Part shown: positions 23,848-34,862 of the stretch, one piece after another
Numbering within the stretch: position 1 is the stretch's first letter
How the letters are laid out: each line of letters opens with the position of its first letter
NCBI GenBank assembly: GCA_963845195.1
Contig: CAWJRH010000004.1
Location: 1,638,104-1,702,103, forward strand
Source: an uncultured delta proteobacterium
GTDB lineage: Bacteria; Myxococcota_A; Polyangia; Polyangiales; Houyiibacteriaceae
DNA length: 64,000 nucleotides
Direction: 5' to 3'
The notes under the pieces: model-generated
Told to the model about the DNA's origin: nothing
Seen by the model: the letters and a program-made list of their open reading frames with translations, nothing else
Databases searched by the model: none
Position numbers and translations under genes: made by a program

Positions 23848-26271
23848 GTGGCGGCCGCCGACCTGCGAGGCGGCCCGCCGAAAGCCCCAGAATGGAATTC
23901 CGAGGGGGTAGCATCGACCCCGAGCCGGCATGGCCTTTGCTCACTACACGCCGTGCTCGTCTGGATCGCTTGCGCCTGGGTCTTGGGACTGTTCGTTCGA
24001 GTCTACGGTTCGGGCGGACACGCCGAAGCGCTTGCCGGGGTCGGTCTCGTGCTTGCGCTGTTCTTGTTCCGGCATGGGCGACAGCTCCGCGCTCAGCTCT
24101 GGGCTGCCCCCATGGCCGTCCTGGCTCTGCTCGGTGCGCTTGGGACGGCCCGTCCCGACGCGCCTGCATGCCCAGGGAGGGGCACCCTCCATGCTGACGC
24201 CCAAGTCACCCGCGTGCGCTTCGGAGCAGAAGAAACCCGTGTCCGCCTGGCAGTCATCAGGGGTAGATGGCAGCCGGGGAACCAGCGAGTCCCGCCGGGC
24301 CTCGCAGTCGACGTCAGTGTGCCGCTCGCTGAAGCCCCGGCCAATGGAAGTGTCGTGCGGTTCGAAGGCCTGGTTCGACCGCGCGCAGCCCTTCGTAATC
24401 CATCTCTTCAGCCCCCGAATGACGTCGCCACTGGCGGCTGTTGGGGCCGGCTCGTCGACCGTTCGACGCTCCGTCCGATTCGAGTCACCGGAACGCAGCA
24501 GGCAACCCTCGACGTTCGACAACACGTTCGCGCGCGTCTGGTCGAGGGTCTCCCTGCAGAGGTCTCAGCCGTGGCGCGCGCGCTGGTTCTCGGAGACGGC
24601 AGCGCCCTACCCAACGACCTTCGCCGCAGGATCGCCGACGTGGGCCTTGCGCACCTATTCGCAGTTTCGGGACTTCACATCGCGCTGGTGAGCGGCACCC
24701 TGGTACGGCTGCTTCGGTGGTTCCTATGCGGACTGCTGGTCCGTGCCGACCCGTCGCGAGTCGCAGCGGCGCTTGGGGTTCCGATCACCCTGCTGCACGC
24801 GGTCCTCGCAGGCGGCGCGCCAAGCGCGTGGCGCGCCGCGATGACCGCGGCGATCACGTGGACCATCGTCGTCTTCAATCGACGCCCTTCTGCTGCGGCG
24901 GTCACCGGGGCGGCGGCCCTCCTTCTCTCGGCACCCGACCCGACGATGGCGACCCGGCCTGCGTTCCTGCTCTCGATCGTCTCCACCTCGGCAATTCTGG
25001 CATCGCCGACAGTCCGCTCGGGTCGTCTTCGTTGGCTTCGGTCCGCATCGACGATCAGCGCCCGCACGTTGGTTGCCACTACGCCGATGGTCTGGTGGTG
25101 GTTCGGCTCCGTGCCGCTGATCGGCTGGGTGACCAACATCATCGTTCTCCCATTTGGGAGTCTCGTCGTCATTCCGCTCGCACACCTGTTCGCGATCTTC
25201 GGAAGTACGCCGTCCGTTGGTACGGCTCTCGGGCTGCTGCTCACGGGCGCCACGCAGTTCTTGCTCCAAGTCTGTGCCGCGTTCGCGCCGCTGGCGCTCT
25301 CAAACCGTCTCCCTCCGCTAGACGCGGCGCAGGGGCTCATCGTCCTCTGCGCCTGCACACTCCTGCTCGTCGTACGCAGGTGGCGCGCGCGGGTAGCGGT
25401 GCTGAGCGTCGCGGCCTTCCTGTGGCTTGCAGCCGAACGTCGCATCGTGGCCCGTGAACAACCGAGCGGCCTGGTACGCGCCACCTTTGTCGACGTGGGC
25501 CAGGGGGATGCAGCGCTGCTGGACTTTCCGGACGGGAGCCTCACCCTGATCGACACGGGCCAAGGCGGCAGTCATCCGGCGGGCCGCGCAGTAACGCGTT
25601 TGCTCCGCGAGCGCCGGCGCGGCCGTATCGATCGGGTAATCATCACTCACGGCCACCCGGACCACTTCGGCGCACTTCCGCAACTACTTAGCGAAGTGCG
25701 AATCACCGAACTCTGGCTCAACGGACAGCTTCTCGCTGAAGAGGACGATGCGACCATGCGTAGTCTCGTCGAAGAAGCGCGCCGCCGCGGAACCCGCGTG
25801 CGGTTCGCGCCGGAACTCTGCGGGACTCACGACATCGGAGGCGCCTTCCTCGACGTGCTCTGGCCTTGCCCGCGCTACGACCCGACGCTGGACCTCAACG
25901 ACAATTCGATTGTGGTGCGGCTGCGGTTCGGCCGCCACAGGTTCGTATTCACCGGCGACCTCGAAGCCGAAGGCGAAACGCGCCTGGTGCACGCCACCGA
26001 CGTGGGTCGAGCCGACGTCCTCAAGGTGCCGCACCACGGATCCAAGACCTCGAGCACGGCGCTACTCGTCGACGCGCTCGAACCTGGAGTGGCGGTGGTC
26101 AGCCTGGGTGCCGCGAACTCGTACGGGCATCCGAGCGACGCGGTCATCGATCGGCTGCGCTCCTCGGGGGCGCTGGTTCTTCGCACCGACGACCAGGGCG
26201 CCATCATCGTCGAGACCGATGGCGAGCGGATGCAGGTCCGCACCGCCGTCGGACCGGTGCGTTTGCGCTAG
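23848..26271 (+). CDS. comEC: DNA internalisation competence protein ComEC/Rec2 with a C-terminal metallo-beta-lactamase domain
   Basis: It has a multi-TM competence domain (GLAHLFAVSGLHIALV) and an MBL motif (VIITHGHPDHFGAL...LKVPHHGS). The start is uncertain (GTG 23848, alternatively GTG 23953). Confidence 0.85.
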   Translation: MAAADLRGGPPKAPEWNSEGVASTPSRHGLCSLHAVLVWIACAWVLGLFVRVYGSGGHAEALAGVGLVLALFLFRHGRQLRAQLWAAPMAVLALLGALGTARPDAPACPGRGTLHADAQVTRVRFGAEETRVRLAVIRGRWQPGNQRVPPGLAVDVSVPLAEAPANGSVVRFEGLVRPRAALRNPSLQPPNDVATGGCWGRLVDRSTLRPIRVTGTQQATLDVRQHVRARLVEGLPAEVSAVARALVLGDGSALPNDLRRRIADVGLAHLFAVSGLHIALVSGTLVRLLRWFLCGLLVRADPSRVAAALGVPITLLHAVLAGGAPSAWRAAMTAAITWTIVVFNRRPSAAAVTGAAALLLSAPDPTMATRPAFLLSIVSTSAILASPTVRSGRLRWLRSASTISARTLVATTPMVWWWFGSVPLIGWVTNIIVLPFGSLVVIPLAHLFAIFGSTPSVGTALGLLLTGATQFLLQVCAAFAPLALSNRLPPLDAAQGLIVLCACTLLLVVRRWRARVAVLSVAAFLWLAAERRIVAREQPSGLVRATFVDVGQGDAALLDFPDGSLTLIDTGQGGSHPAGRAVTRLLRERRRGRIDRVIITHGHPDHFGALPQLLSEVRITELWLNGQLLAEEDDATMRSLVEEARRRGTRVRFAPELCGTHDIGGAFLDVLWPCPRYDPTLDLNDNSIVVRLRFGRHRFVFTGDLEAEGETRLVHATDVGRADVLKVPHHGSKTSSTALLVDALEPGVAVVSLGAANSYGHPSDAVIDRLRSSGALVLRTDDQGAIIVETDGERMQVRTAVGPVRLR

Positions 26272-27404
26272 TCGCCGATCGGCTTTTCGTAGATGCGGTA
26301 GACCTTGTCGACCTCCGCGCCCATGCCACGAATGCCCGCGTTGATGAGACGATTGTCTTCGAGGGTCCAGCCTAGTTCGGCCCATTCGTAGCCTGCCGCG
26401 AGGCCGCGTTTGGAAACTTCGGCGAACAGAGCCGTCGACAGGGGTGCGTAGCGACGGGAGCCCCGGTACTTCTTTCGAATCCCCAGCAGCATCAAGCGGG
26501 CCGACTTCACGCCGCGGACCTTCAGGCGCCAAACGAGCTTGGTCGCGGTCACCGGGTTGAGCTTGCCGTTGAAGTCGTAGGTGGCCTCGTTGACGTTCGG
26601 GAGGCAGATGCACATCGCAGCGGGCTCTCCGTCGATGTCTGCGAAAAACGAAATCCGTTTGTCGATGATCATCGACAGGTCCTTCGCCATCTTCACCGCC
26701 TCTGCGTCGGTCGATGGCACGAAGCCCCAGTTCTCATGCCAGGCGTCGTTGAAGATGCCGAGCAGCTCGTCGATCTCGGTCTTGAGGTCCTTGGGTCGGA
26801 TCGAGCGAAACCGGACTTCCGGCATCTCCATAATGGCCTCCCAGGCCCTCTGCGGTCGGGGCGGGGGCGGCGCGACCTCGTACCTCCATCCCCAAAGGTC
26901 CTTCACCTTGGAGAGCCCCGCCCCTTCGGCCAGTGCGCCCTGATACGGCCGGTGGTGAGGGTTCATGAGACAGGGCGGCCGGTGGAAGCCGTCGACGAGA
27001 AGACCCGACTCTTCGTTGATCGAGAGCGAAAACGGCCCCCGCATCACGCTCATCCCGCGCTGTGCGAGCCACTGCTCCGCGGCAGCCACGAGGGCGCCAG
27101 CAACCTCGGGGTCGTCCATCGTGTCGAAGAACCCGAAGAACCCGGCCTCGTCTTGATGGATGCGTAGATGCTCGTGATCGACCTGCGCAGAGATTCTCCC
27201 GACCAGTTCTCCGTCGCGACGCGCCGTGAAGAGCGCGGCCTCAGCATGGTCGAAGAAAGGGTTCTTCTTTGGGTTCAGGCGCTCGCGGAGTTCCATCTCG
27301 AGCGGCGCGATCCACTGGGGATCATCGCGATAGACTCGATAGGCAACCTCGAGGAAGTCGTCGACGTGCTCGCCTGGCCTATGCTCCTCGACCTCGATAG
27401 TCAT
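26268..27404 (-). CDS. GNAT-fold N-acetyltransferase-like protein (~380-aa family, function unknown)
   Basis: The start is ATG 27404 ([12 protein letters not shown]...). The pattern DDPQWIAPL...[27 protein letters not shown]...GFFGFFD...[19 protein letters not shown] matches a widespread putative acetyltransferase family by eye. The ATG overlaps the fumC stop codon (ATGA). Confidence 0.6.
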   Translation of the reverse strand: MTIEVEEHRPGEHVDDFLEVAYRVYRDDPQWIAPLEMELRERLNPKKNPFFDHAEAALFTARRDGELVGRISAQVDHEHLRIHQDEAGFFGFFDTMDDPEVAGALVAAAEQWLAQRGMSVMRGPFSLSINEESGLLVDGFHRPPCLMNPHHRPYQGALAEGAGLSKVKDLWGWRYEVAPPPPRPQRAWEAIMEMPEVRFRSIRPKDLKTEIDELLGIFNDAWHENWGFVPSTDAEAVKMAKDLSMIIDKRISFFADIDGEPAAMCICLPNVNEATYDFNGKLNPVTATKLVWRLKVRGVKSARLMLLGIRKKYRGSRRYAPLSTALFAEVSKRGLAAGYEWAELGWTLEDNRLINAGIRGMGAEVDKVYRIYEKPIGD

Positions 27405-28795
27405 GCCTTGAGGGGTCCCACCATCTCTTCGGGCTTGATCGCCGCGTCGAACTGCTCCCCCGTCAAGAGCCCGAGCTCGATCGCGGCCTCGCGCAGCGTC
27501 GTATTGTTCTTGTACGCGTGCTTGGCCACCTTCGCCGCGTTGTCGTAGCCGATACTGGGATTGAGGGCGGTGACGAGCATCAACGAACGGTGGAGTTTCT
27601 CGTCGATCGTGTCGACGTTCGGCTCGATCCCGATCGCACAGTGGTCGTTGAAACTCTTCGACGCGTCCCCGAGCAGGCGCACCGACTGCAGCAGGTTGTA
27701 GGCCATGACGGGCTTGTAGACGTTGAGCTCGAAGTTGCCCTGCGATCCCGCAACGCCGATCGTGACGTCGTTTCCGAACACCTGCGTACAGGCCATCGTG
27801 AGTGCTTCGCACTGCGTCGGGTTGACCTTACCCGGCATGATCGAGCTACCCGGTTCGTTTTCGGGAATTCGAATCTCCCCAATGCCCGAGCGCGGCCCTG
27901 AGGCGAGCCACCGCACGTCGTTCGCGACCTTCATCAGCGCTGCAGCCAACTGCTTGAGCGCGCCGCTCGTCCCAACCATCGCATCGTGCCCCGCAAGAGC
28001 CGCGAACTTGTTGGGCGCTGTGACGAACTCCGTCCCAGAGAGCTCGGCGATTTTCTCGGCGACGAGCGTTGCGTAGCGAGGGTGCGTGTTGAGACCCGTA
28101 CCAACTGCCGTACCTCCGAGCGCAAGCTCGCGCAGCTGCGGAAGCGTCGCCTCAATCGCGGCAAGAGCATGGTCGAGCTGCGAGGCCCAACCGCTCACCT
28201 CCTGGCCGAGGGTCAACGGAGTCGCATCCTGTAGATGCGTACGGCCGATCTTGACGATGTGGGCAAAGTCTTCGGACTTGTTCGCGAGGGTGTCGCGCAG
28301 CTCGCGCACCTTTGGAAGCAGCTGCCGCTCAATGTCGACCACTGCCGCGATGTGCATCGCGGTCGGAAACGTATCGTTCGAAGACTGGGAGCGATTGACG
28401 TGGTCGTTCGGGTGCACCGGTTTTTTGGAACCCATCTCGCCACCCGCCATTTCGATGGCGCGATTCGAGATGACCTCGTTCACGTTCATGTTCGACTGCG
28501 TGCCGGACCCCGTCTGCCAGACCACGAGAGGAAACTGATCGTCGAGTTTCCCCGCAATCACCTCGTCTGCCGCCTTTACGATCAAGTCGCAGATCTCAGC
28601 CTCGAGATTGTCGAGATCTCGATTGGTAAGCGCAGCTGCCTTCTTCAGGATGCCGAACGCCCGGATGACCCCGATTGGCATCAGCTCGCCACCGATCTTG
28701 AAATTCATGCGCGACCGCATGGTCTGGGCGCCGTAGTATTTGTCCGCGGGCACTTGGATCTCGCCCATCGAATCGGTCTCTACACGCGTGTTCAT
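27401..28795 (-). CDS. fumC: class II fumarate hydratase
   Basis: The start is ATG 28795 ([25 protein letters not shown]). The lyase signature [15 protein letters not shown] is present, and the protein is 464 aa. Confidence 0.95.
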   Translation of the reverse strand: MNTRVETDSMGEIQVPADKYYGAQTMRSRMNFKIGGELMPIGVIRAFGILKKAAALTNRDLDNLEAEICDLIVKAADEVIAGKLDDQFPLVVWQTGSGTQSNMNVNEVISNRAIEMAGGEMGSKKPVHPNDHVNRSQSSNDTFPTAMHIAAVVDIERQLLPKVRELRDTLANKSEDFAHIVKIGRTHLQDATPLTLGQEVSGWASQLDHALAAIEATLPQLRELALGGTAVGTGLNTHPRYATLVAEKIAELSGTEFVTAPNKFAALAGHDAMVGTSGALKQLAAALMKVANDVRWLASGPRSGIGEIRIPENEPGSSIMPGKVNPTQCEALTMACTQVFGNDVTIGVAGSQGNFELNVYKPVMAYNLLQSVRLLGDASKSFNDHCAIGIEPNVDTIDEKLHRSLMLVTALNPSIGYDNAAKVAKHAYKNNTTLREAAIELGLLTGEQFDAAIKPEEMVGPLKA

Positions 28796-28851
28796 CTCGC
28801 CTCCGGGCGGGAGCTTTACCCCGTCCTTGACCCGATGTCGATTCCTCGTAC

Positions 28852-31065
28852 GTGCTGAGAATGCGGCCGGAACGCCCTCAGATTCGTGCGCGCCCATGCC
28901 CCGCATGCGGGGGCGACGTGGATCCGATCCGCGCTCCCCGCGTGCTCTGGCTCGACGACGGCGTGCGTTTTCTCTGTGGAGACGCCTGTCGCGACCGATT
29001 CCTTCACGGGGACCGCGATCACGACCTACCGCATGATGACGTCCAGGCTGACCCCGAGCAGGGCGATGATGGCGAGGAACGCCCTTCGCTCCCCGACCTG
29101 GTCCGAGAGGCGACCCATACCCACCAAGGCGACGAAGTACCCAAGCGAGACCGGTCGGAACACGCCCGATACGATTTCTGGGCGGCGGTCGCTCTTTCGT
29201 GCGCCACCGTGGCCTTCGGTGCCGCGAGCGAACGAATGCAGACCGGTTGGGTCGCCGGGATCTTCGCGATAGGGGCCGCCTGGGCCATCGCGCGCAACCC
29301 TCTGCCGACCGTCGGCGCGCGGCGTCTGGTCCAATGGGTTGCGCCCGTGGGCCTCGCGTTGGCAGGGCTTGCAGCGGTTTCGATGCCGATCGAATCGGTT
29401 TCATCATGGGAGCTCATGGGTCTTGGCGGCGCCGCGTTGGTCCTTTCCCTCCGCCACCTCCTGCATGACGCGATCCTTGCTCCCATCGAGACCAACGCAC
29501 TTCGACTGTCGCGCACGCTTCCGACACACGTCCGAGTCCCATCACCGGCAAGCGTTCCCTCGACCCGCCCCAACGAACCTACCGCGTCGTTCGAAGAGGT
29601 CCCGCTCTCGGACGTGGGTCCGGGAGAACTCATCGGCGCACTCGAGGGAGAACTCATCGGCGCCGACGGAGTGGTCGAGAGTGGACGCGCAGTGGGGCTC
29701 CACTACCCGGGCGCCGCTCTGAGTCGAACCTACGAGGAAGGCGATTTCATTCTCGCAGGCACTCGCGTGCTCGAAGGTGCGCTCACCATTCGCGTACGGC
29801 GCACGGGCCGAGAGCGGAGCGTCGCCCGCACCCTGAGCCTCGGCGCGCATCGAGGGGAAGCCTGGAGCAGCGCACCGTTTCGTCTGCCGTGGGTGCTCAA
29901 CTATTGGAGCTGGGCTGCGCTGTTGCCCCTCACCATGGTTGCCGGCGTCATCGGAGGACTCGATGCCGCGGGCACATTCCTTCTCGGTGTCCCTGTCATC
30001 GCAGCGCTGGGAGCATTCGACACTCCTCTGCGCGCGGCGGCCTTGGCTTTGGTGCGGCGCGGAATGCTGTTCGGAAGCACCAAGACGCTTCGCGACGCAG
30101 GGCGGGTGACGAGCACGGCGATTCTCTTGCGGGGGGCGCTGAGTGCTGGGCATCCGAGCGTGCAACAGGTCCATCGATTCGGTCGTCTCGACCCCGACGC
30201 GGTGCTCCGCGCGGCAGCGGCGGCAGAGCGTAGCGCTGGAGATCATCCAGTCGCCATCGCAATCCGAGGGTATGCCGCCGCGCGCCACCAGGGGGACGAC
30301 TCGGTTCGTCGGGCAAGCGTGCATCCGGGCCTTGGCGTGACCGCCGTCGACCAGGACGGCTCCGCACTCGTCATCGGGCGCCGGCAGATGCTCCTCGACG
30401 AAGGCATCAGCGTCGCAGCCGCCGATGCCGATGCAGCGCTCATCGAAAACGCCGGACTGACACCGGTCTTTATCGCGGTCGACCGCCAACTCGAGGCCCT
30501 CGTCGCCGTCGACGACCCTACCCACGTAGGGGCCCCCGACGCCGTGCGCCGTATCGCCGAACTCCCGAGCGAAGTGCTGATTCTCTCAGGGGACGATCGC
30601 CGCACCGTCGAACGCGTCGCGGAGCGGCTCGGCGCAGGCCAGGTCAAGGCGCCCCTCCTCCCGGGGGAACGCATCGATGAGGTGCGTGCGCTTCGTGAGA
30701 CCGGAGGCATCGTCGCCGCCGTTGGGCGCGGAGGAGACGACGATGACGTGCTCGCGGCAGCCGACGTCCCGATCAGCGTTAGGCTGGTCGGTTCCGCGCT
30801 GGAAGACCGGGGAGTGGCGATCGCGAGCCAGGACATCCGGGACGCCGCGGGCGCACTCTGGATCGCGCGAGCCACGCACCGCACGACGCTTCGCGCCGTC
30901 ATCGCCGTCTTCCTCGCGGCGCTCGTCGCGTTCTTCGGAGCCGTGTTCGGCTGGACCACCCCCGTCACGGCCGCGTTGCTGAGCCTCGCCGCAGACGCCT
31001 GGGCCCTCAGGGCTGGCTCCCGACTCCTTCGGCGTGTAGACCTCCGAGTGCCAGTGCAGGAGTAG
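28852..31065 (+). CDS. TRASH-domain P1B-type ATPase homolog lacking all catalytic motifs (pseudo-ATPase)
   Basis: - The N-terminus carries CPAC-x22-CGDAC, a TRASH pattern (C-x2-C-x19-22-C-x3-C).
- The body aligns by eye to CopA/ZntA.
- The CPC motif is absent ([11 protein letters not shown]).
- DKTGT is replaced ([10 protein letters not shown]).
- TGES is absent.
- GDGINDAPAL is replaced by [10 protein letters not shown].
- The HP motif is kept (GDHPVAIAI).
- The start is GTG 28852 or ATG 28861. Confidence 0.75.
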   Translation: MLRMRPERPQIRARPCPACGGDVDPIRAPRVLWLDDGVRFLCGDACRDRFLHGDRDHDLPHDDVQADPEQGDDGEERPSLPDLVREATHTHQGDEVPKRDRSEHARYDFWAAVALSCATVAFGAASERMQTGWVAGIFAIGAAWAIARNPLPTVGARRLVQWVAPVGLALAGLAAVSMPIESVSSWELMGLGGAALVLSLRHLLHDAILAPIETNALRLSRTLPTHVRVPSPASVPSTRPNEPTASFEEVPLSDVGPGELIGALEGELIGADGVVESGRAVGLHYPGAALSRTYEEGDFILAGTRVLEGALTIRVRRTGRERSVARTLSLGAHRGEAWSSAPFRLPWVLNYWSWAALLPLTMVAGVIGGLDAAGTFLLGVPVIAALGAFDTPLRAAALALVRRGMLFGSTKTLRDAGRVTSTAILLRGALSAGHPSVQQVHRFGRLDPDAVLRAAAAAERSAGDHPVAIAIRGYAAARHQGDDSVRRASVHPGLGVTAVDQDGSALVIGRRQMLLDEGISVAAADADAALIENAGLTPVFIAVDRQLEALVAVDDPTHVGAPDAVRRIAELPSEVLILSGDDRRTVERVAERLGAGQVKAPLLPGERIDEVRALRETGGIVAAVGRGGDDDDVLAAADVPISVRLVGSALEDRGVAIASQDIRDAAGALWIARATHRTTLRAVIAVFLAALVAFFGAVFGWTTPVTAALLSLAADAWALRAGSRLLRRVDLRVPVQE

Positions 31066-31079
31066 CGGAGAAGACCACG

Positions 31080-32471
31080 ATGAGCGACAAGGCATGGGGC
31101 GGGAGATTCGAAGAAGAACTCGACGCCATTGCGGCGAGATTCAGCGCGAGCGTCGACGTCGACAAGCGCCTGTGGCCTCAAGACATTGAAGGCTCGATCG
31201 CACACGTGCGAATGCTCGCGGACCAGGAAATCGTCTCGGAGGAAGATGCTCAGGCGATCGTCGCGGGCCTCGAAGCCATTCGCGGCCAGATAGAGCGCGA
31301 CGAGTTCTCCTGGGACGCGGCCAAGGAAGACGTTCACATGAACATCGAGTCCGCTCTCACCAAGGCCATCGGCGAGGCGGGCGGTCGATTGCACACTGCC
31401 AGGAGCCGCAACGACCAGGTGGCTACCGACATGCGGCTTTGGACGCGCACCGCTTGTACGTCGGTTGCGGCGGACATCGACGCCCTGCTCCTCGTGCTCG
31501 CCAAGAAGGCCGACACACACATCGATCATCTCATGCCGGGCTACACCCATCTGCAGCGGGCGCAGCCCACCCGCTTGGCGCACCACCTGCTGGCGTGGTC
31601 CGAGATGCTCGAGCGCGATCGCTCCAGAGTCGTCGACGCGGCACGACGCATGAATCAGAGCCCTCTTGGAAGCGCTGCCCTCGCGGGCACGACTTTCCCG
31701 ATCGATCGACAGGCCACCGCCGCGGCCTTGGGCTTCGACGGAGCGATGACCAATTCACTCGACGCGGTGAGCTCACGCGACTTCTTGCTCGAAGCAGTCA
31801 GCGCGCTTGCGATCTGCGCCGTGAACCTGTCTCGTATCGCGGAGGAACTGGTTCTCTGGTCTAGCCAAGAGTTTGGGTTCGTTCAGATGAGCGATGCCTT
31901 CACCACCGGCTCGTCGATCATGCCGCAGAAGAAGAACCCGGACATGCCCGAATTGGTGCGCGGCAAGACGGGGCGCGTCGTCGGCTCACTGATGAACCTG
32001 ATGATGATGCTCAAGGGTCTTCCCCTGGCGTACAATCGCGACCTCCAAGAAGACAAAGCTCCGGTGTTCGAAGCTTTCGACACGGTGCGAGATAGCCTCG
32101 CCGTTCTCACGGGAGCGATCGAGAGCGCCTCCTTCAATCGAGACGCCATGGCGGACGCGCTGCGGTCCGGATTTCTGGACGCGACCGAGGTCGCCGATTG
32201 GCTCGCTGCGCGAGGCGTACCCTTTCGGGACGCGCACCACGTGGCCGGCTCACTGGTGAAGCGCGCAAGCGAACTCGGGAAAACGCTTGGGGAGCTTCCT
32301 CTCGAGGCCTACCAAGAGGCCCACGCTTCGTTTGACGCATCGGTATTCGATGCGCTCGACATGGAAACCGCCATCGAACGCCGCAACGTGCTCGGGGGTC
32401 CCTCGCGACAGCGCGTCGCCGAGGCAATCGCCGAGCTCCACGGTCGACTCGCGGGGCGACAAGACGCATAA
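31080..32471 (+). CDS. argH: argininosuccinate lyase
   Basis: The N-terminus is MSDKAWGGRFEE, and the signature GSSIMPQKKNPD is present. The protein is 463 aa. Confidence 0.95.
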   Translation: MSDKAWGGRFEEELDAIAARFSASVDVDKRLWPQDIEGSIAHVRMLADQEIVSEEDAQAIVAGLEAIRGQIERDEFSWDAAKEDVHMNIESALTKAIGEAGGRLHTARSRNDQVATDMRLWTRTACTSVAADIDALLLVLAKKADTHIDHLMPGYTHLQRAQPTRLAHHLLAWSEMLERDRSRVVDAARRMNQSPLGSAALAGTTFPIDRQATAAALGFDGAMTNSLDAVSSRDFLLEAVSALAICAVNLSRIAEELVLWSSQEFGFVQMSDAFTTGSSIMPQKKNPDMPELVRGKTGRVVGSLMNLMMMLKGLPLAYNRDLQEDKAPVFEAFDTVRDSLAVLTGAIESASFNRDAMADALRSGFLDATEVADWLAARGVPFRDAHHVAGSLVKRASELGKTLGELPLEAYQEAHASFDASVFDALDMETAIERRNVLGGPSRQRVAEAIAELHGRLAGRQDA

Positions 32472-32481
32472 CGGTCGGCGC

Positions 32482-33777
32482 ATGTCCACTCCACACATCC
32501 CAGAGTCCCCGTGGTTCTCCTACCGAGACGGCATGCTCTGCTGCGAAGGTGTCCCGCTCTCGAGCGTCGCCGCAGAGGTCGACACGCCTACCTTCGTGTA
32601 TTCGGGCGGCGCAATCGACGAAGCGTATCGGGAGATCGACGCAGCATTGAGCTTCGCGCCCCACATGATCGCCTACGCCGTGAAGGCCAACGGCAACCTC
32701 TCGATTTTGGCGCGTCTCGCGAGTCAGGGCTCGGGTGCCGACATCGTGTCCATTGGCGAGATGCAGCGCGCTCTCAAGGCAGGATTCCCTCCAGACCGAA
32801 TCGTGTACACGGGGGTTGGCAAGCGGCGCGAAGAAATCGTCGCCGCAGCGCAGGCCGGAGTGCGCGCCATCCACGTCGAAAACCTCCAAGAGATCGACGT
32901 CATCGAGAGCGTCGCCCGTGAGCTCGGCCGGCCTTTGGCCATTGGGCTGAGGGTCAACCCGGACGTGGACGCGAAGACACACCCGTACATCGCCACGGGA
33001 CTCCGCGAGTCGAAGTTCGGCCTATCCATTCCGACCGCAGAGGCGCTGGTGCCACGCATCCTCGAGAGCTCTCACCTCGAGCTGGAGGCGGTTGCCTGTC
33101 ACATCGGGTCGCAGCTCGGCTCCCCGGAGCCACTGCGAGAGGCCATCGAGATCCTCGGCATCTTCGCCAAGCAGTGCCTCGATCGCGGCGCGCGTCTCCG
33201 TGCGATCGACGTCGGCGGCGGATGGCCAATGCACTACGGACGCGAAGACGCCCCCTACCCGCCGGCCGCGCGATTCGGCGAAGCGATCCGCGGGGGCCTC
33301 GAGGCGGCGGGAGTGCTCCGGCCAGACATCGAGATCGTAACCGAACCGGGCCGGGCGATCGTCGGGGATGCCGGCGTGCTTCTAACCCGTGTGCTCTATA
33401 CGAAGCACCAAGGAGAGCGGCGCTTCGTGATCGTCGATGCGGCGATGACCGAGCTGATCCGGCCTGCTCTGTACGGTGCGTATCATGCGATCGTGCCTGT
33501 CCAAGACCCAGGACCCGACGCGATTGCAGCTGCCGTGGACGTGGTCGGGCCGGTTTGCGAGTCCGGAGACTTCGTTGCGCAAGACCGCCCTCTGCCGCCT
33601 CTGGTGCCGGGCGACCTGCTTGCGATCCGCGGAGCAGGCGCTTACGGACGAGAGATGCAGAGCATGTACAACGCGCGACCTCTGCCGCCGGAGGTTCTCG
33701 TCGACGGAACACGCTCCCGAGTGGTTCGACGACGCAGCGGACCCGAAGCGCTCTGGCAAGGGGAGGTCCTCGCTTGA
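32482..33777 (+). CDS. lysA: diaminopimelate decarboxylase
   Basis: The start is ATG 32482 (MSTPHIPESPWFSY...). It shows PLP-dependent fold-III decarboxylase patterns (YAVKANGN, DVGGG, CESGD). Confidence 0.95.
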   Translation: MSTPHIPESPWFSYRDGMLCCEGVPLSSVAAEVDTPTFVYSGGAIDEAYREIDAALSFAPHMIAYAVKANGNLSILARLASQGSGADIVSIGEMQRALKAGFPPDRIVYTGVGKRREEIVAAAQAGVRAIHVENLQEIDVIESVARELGRPLAIGLRVNPDVDAKTHPYIATGLRESKFGLSIPTAEALVPRILESSHLELEAVACHIGSQLGSPEPLREAIEILGIFAKQCLDRGARLRAIDVGGGWPMHYGREDAPYPPAARFGEAIRGGLEAAGVLRPDIEIVTEPGRAIVGDAGVLLTRVLYTKHQGERRFVIVDAAMTELIRPALYGAYHAIVPVQDPGPDAIAAAVDVVGPVCESGDFVAQDRPLPPLVPGDLLAIRGAGAYGREMQSMYNARPLPPEVLVDGTRSRVVRRRSGPEALWQGEVLA

Positions 33778-34832
33778 ACGGGATCGCGATCGTCGGGACC
33801 GGCCACTTCGTTCCTGGCGAACCCGTCACGAACGACGCGCTGGCGAAGGTCATGGAGACGAGCGACGAGTGGATCGCGAAACGAACGGGAATCCGTCAGC
33901 GGCACTACGCAGTCGACGGACAAGGGGCGAGCGACCTTGCGGTCGAGGCGAGCCGGCGGGCCGTAGCCGATGCCGGGCTCGCACTCGGGGACATCGACTA
34001 CATCATCTTCTGCACGATGACGCCCGACTATTTTTTTCCGGGGTCTGGGCCTCTGCTGGGGGCGAAGCTTGGCATTCCGGGAGTTCCCGCACTCGACATT
34101 CGCCAACAGTGCGCCGCGATTCCGTATGCCCTGCAGCTAGCCAACGGCCTCGTCGCCACCAACGCGGCGACGACGATCCTTCTTGTGGGGGCCGAAGCTC
34201 ACGCTGGCTTCATGCCATGGTCCGACTGGGACGTGGTGCGGTCGTCGGTCGAGCGCGAGGTGCCCACCGAGGACTTCGCGCGTGCCACGAAGCACCGCGG
34301 TCTCGCCGTGATTTTCGGCGACGGTGCAGGAGCGATGGTACTGCGCAAGAGCACGCAACCCGACCAGGGCTTCATTGGCGCCGAGCTTCACAGCGACGGG
34401 AACGCCTACGATCACCTGTTCGTCGACGGGGTTGGCTTCCGCCAGGTGCCCTACGTCACCTCGGAGCGCGTCGCGCAGGACCTCCACCTACCGCAGCTGC
34501 GGGGGCAAGCTCTCCTCAAAAAGGCGGTCCGCACCTTGACGGCGACCGTGCGCTCTATTTGCGAGAACTACGACATCGCTCAAGACGACATCGACTGCTT
34601 CATCGCTCACCAGGCCAACGACCGCATCAACAATGCCGTCCGTCGATCGCTGAACATCGACCCCGCAAAGATCCCGTCAAACATCGCACGCTACGGAAAC
34701 ACCTCGGCAGCGACGATCGGGATTCTCACCGACGAACTCCGCAAGGAAGGAAAGATCGTCGAAGGGGACCTCCTTTGCTTCCTCGCCCTCGGGGCCGGCC
34801 TCAACTGGGGCGCCGCTCTCCTGCGGCTCTAG
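33774..34832 (+). CDS. fabH: 3-oxoacyl-ACP synthase III (FabH-family)
   Basis: A TTG start at 33774 overlaps the lysA stop codon (TTGA). Patterns are IVGTGHFVPGEPVTNDAL...SDEWIAKRTGIRQR, AHQANDRI and GNTSAATI. Confidence 0.8.
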   Translation: MNGIAIVGTGHFVPGEPVTNDALAKVMETSDEWIAKRTGIRQRHYAVDGQGASDLAVEASRRAVADAGLALGDIDYIIFCTMTPDYFFPGSGPLLGAKLGIPGVPALDIRQQCAAIPYALQLANGLVATNAATTILLVGAEAHAGFMPWSDWDVVRSSVEREVPTEDFARATKHRGLAVIFGDGAGAMVLRKSTQPDQGFIGAELHSDGNAYDHLFVDGVGFRQVPYVTSERVAQDLHLPQLRGQALLKKAVRTLTATVRSICENYDIAQDDIDCFIAHQANDRINNAVRRSLNIDPAKIPSNIARYGNTSAATIGILTDELRKEGKIVEGDLLCFLALGAGLNWGAALLRL

Positions 34833-34862
34833 CAGGATCGCACGCCACGCGCGGCGATGCAT

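Noticed and set aside
30243-31586. 447-aa minus-strand ORF spanning the ATPase-like gene and argH
   Set aside because: It crosses the boundary of two well-supported plus-strand genes, and its composition is shadow-frame-like.
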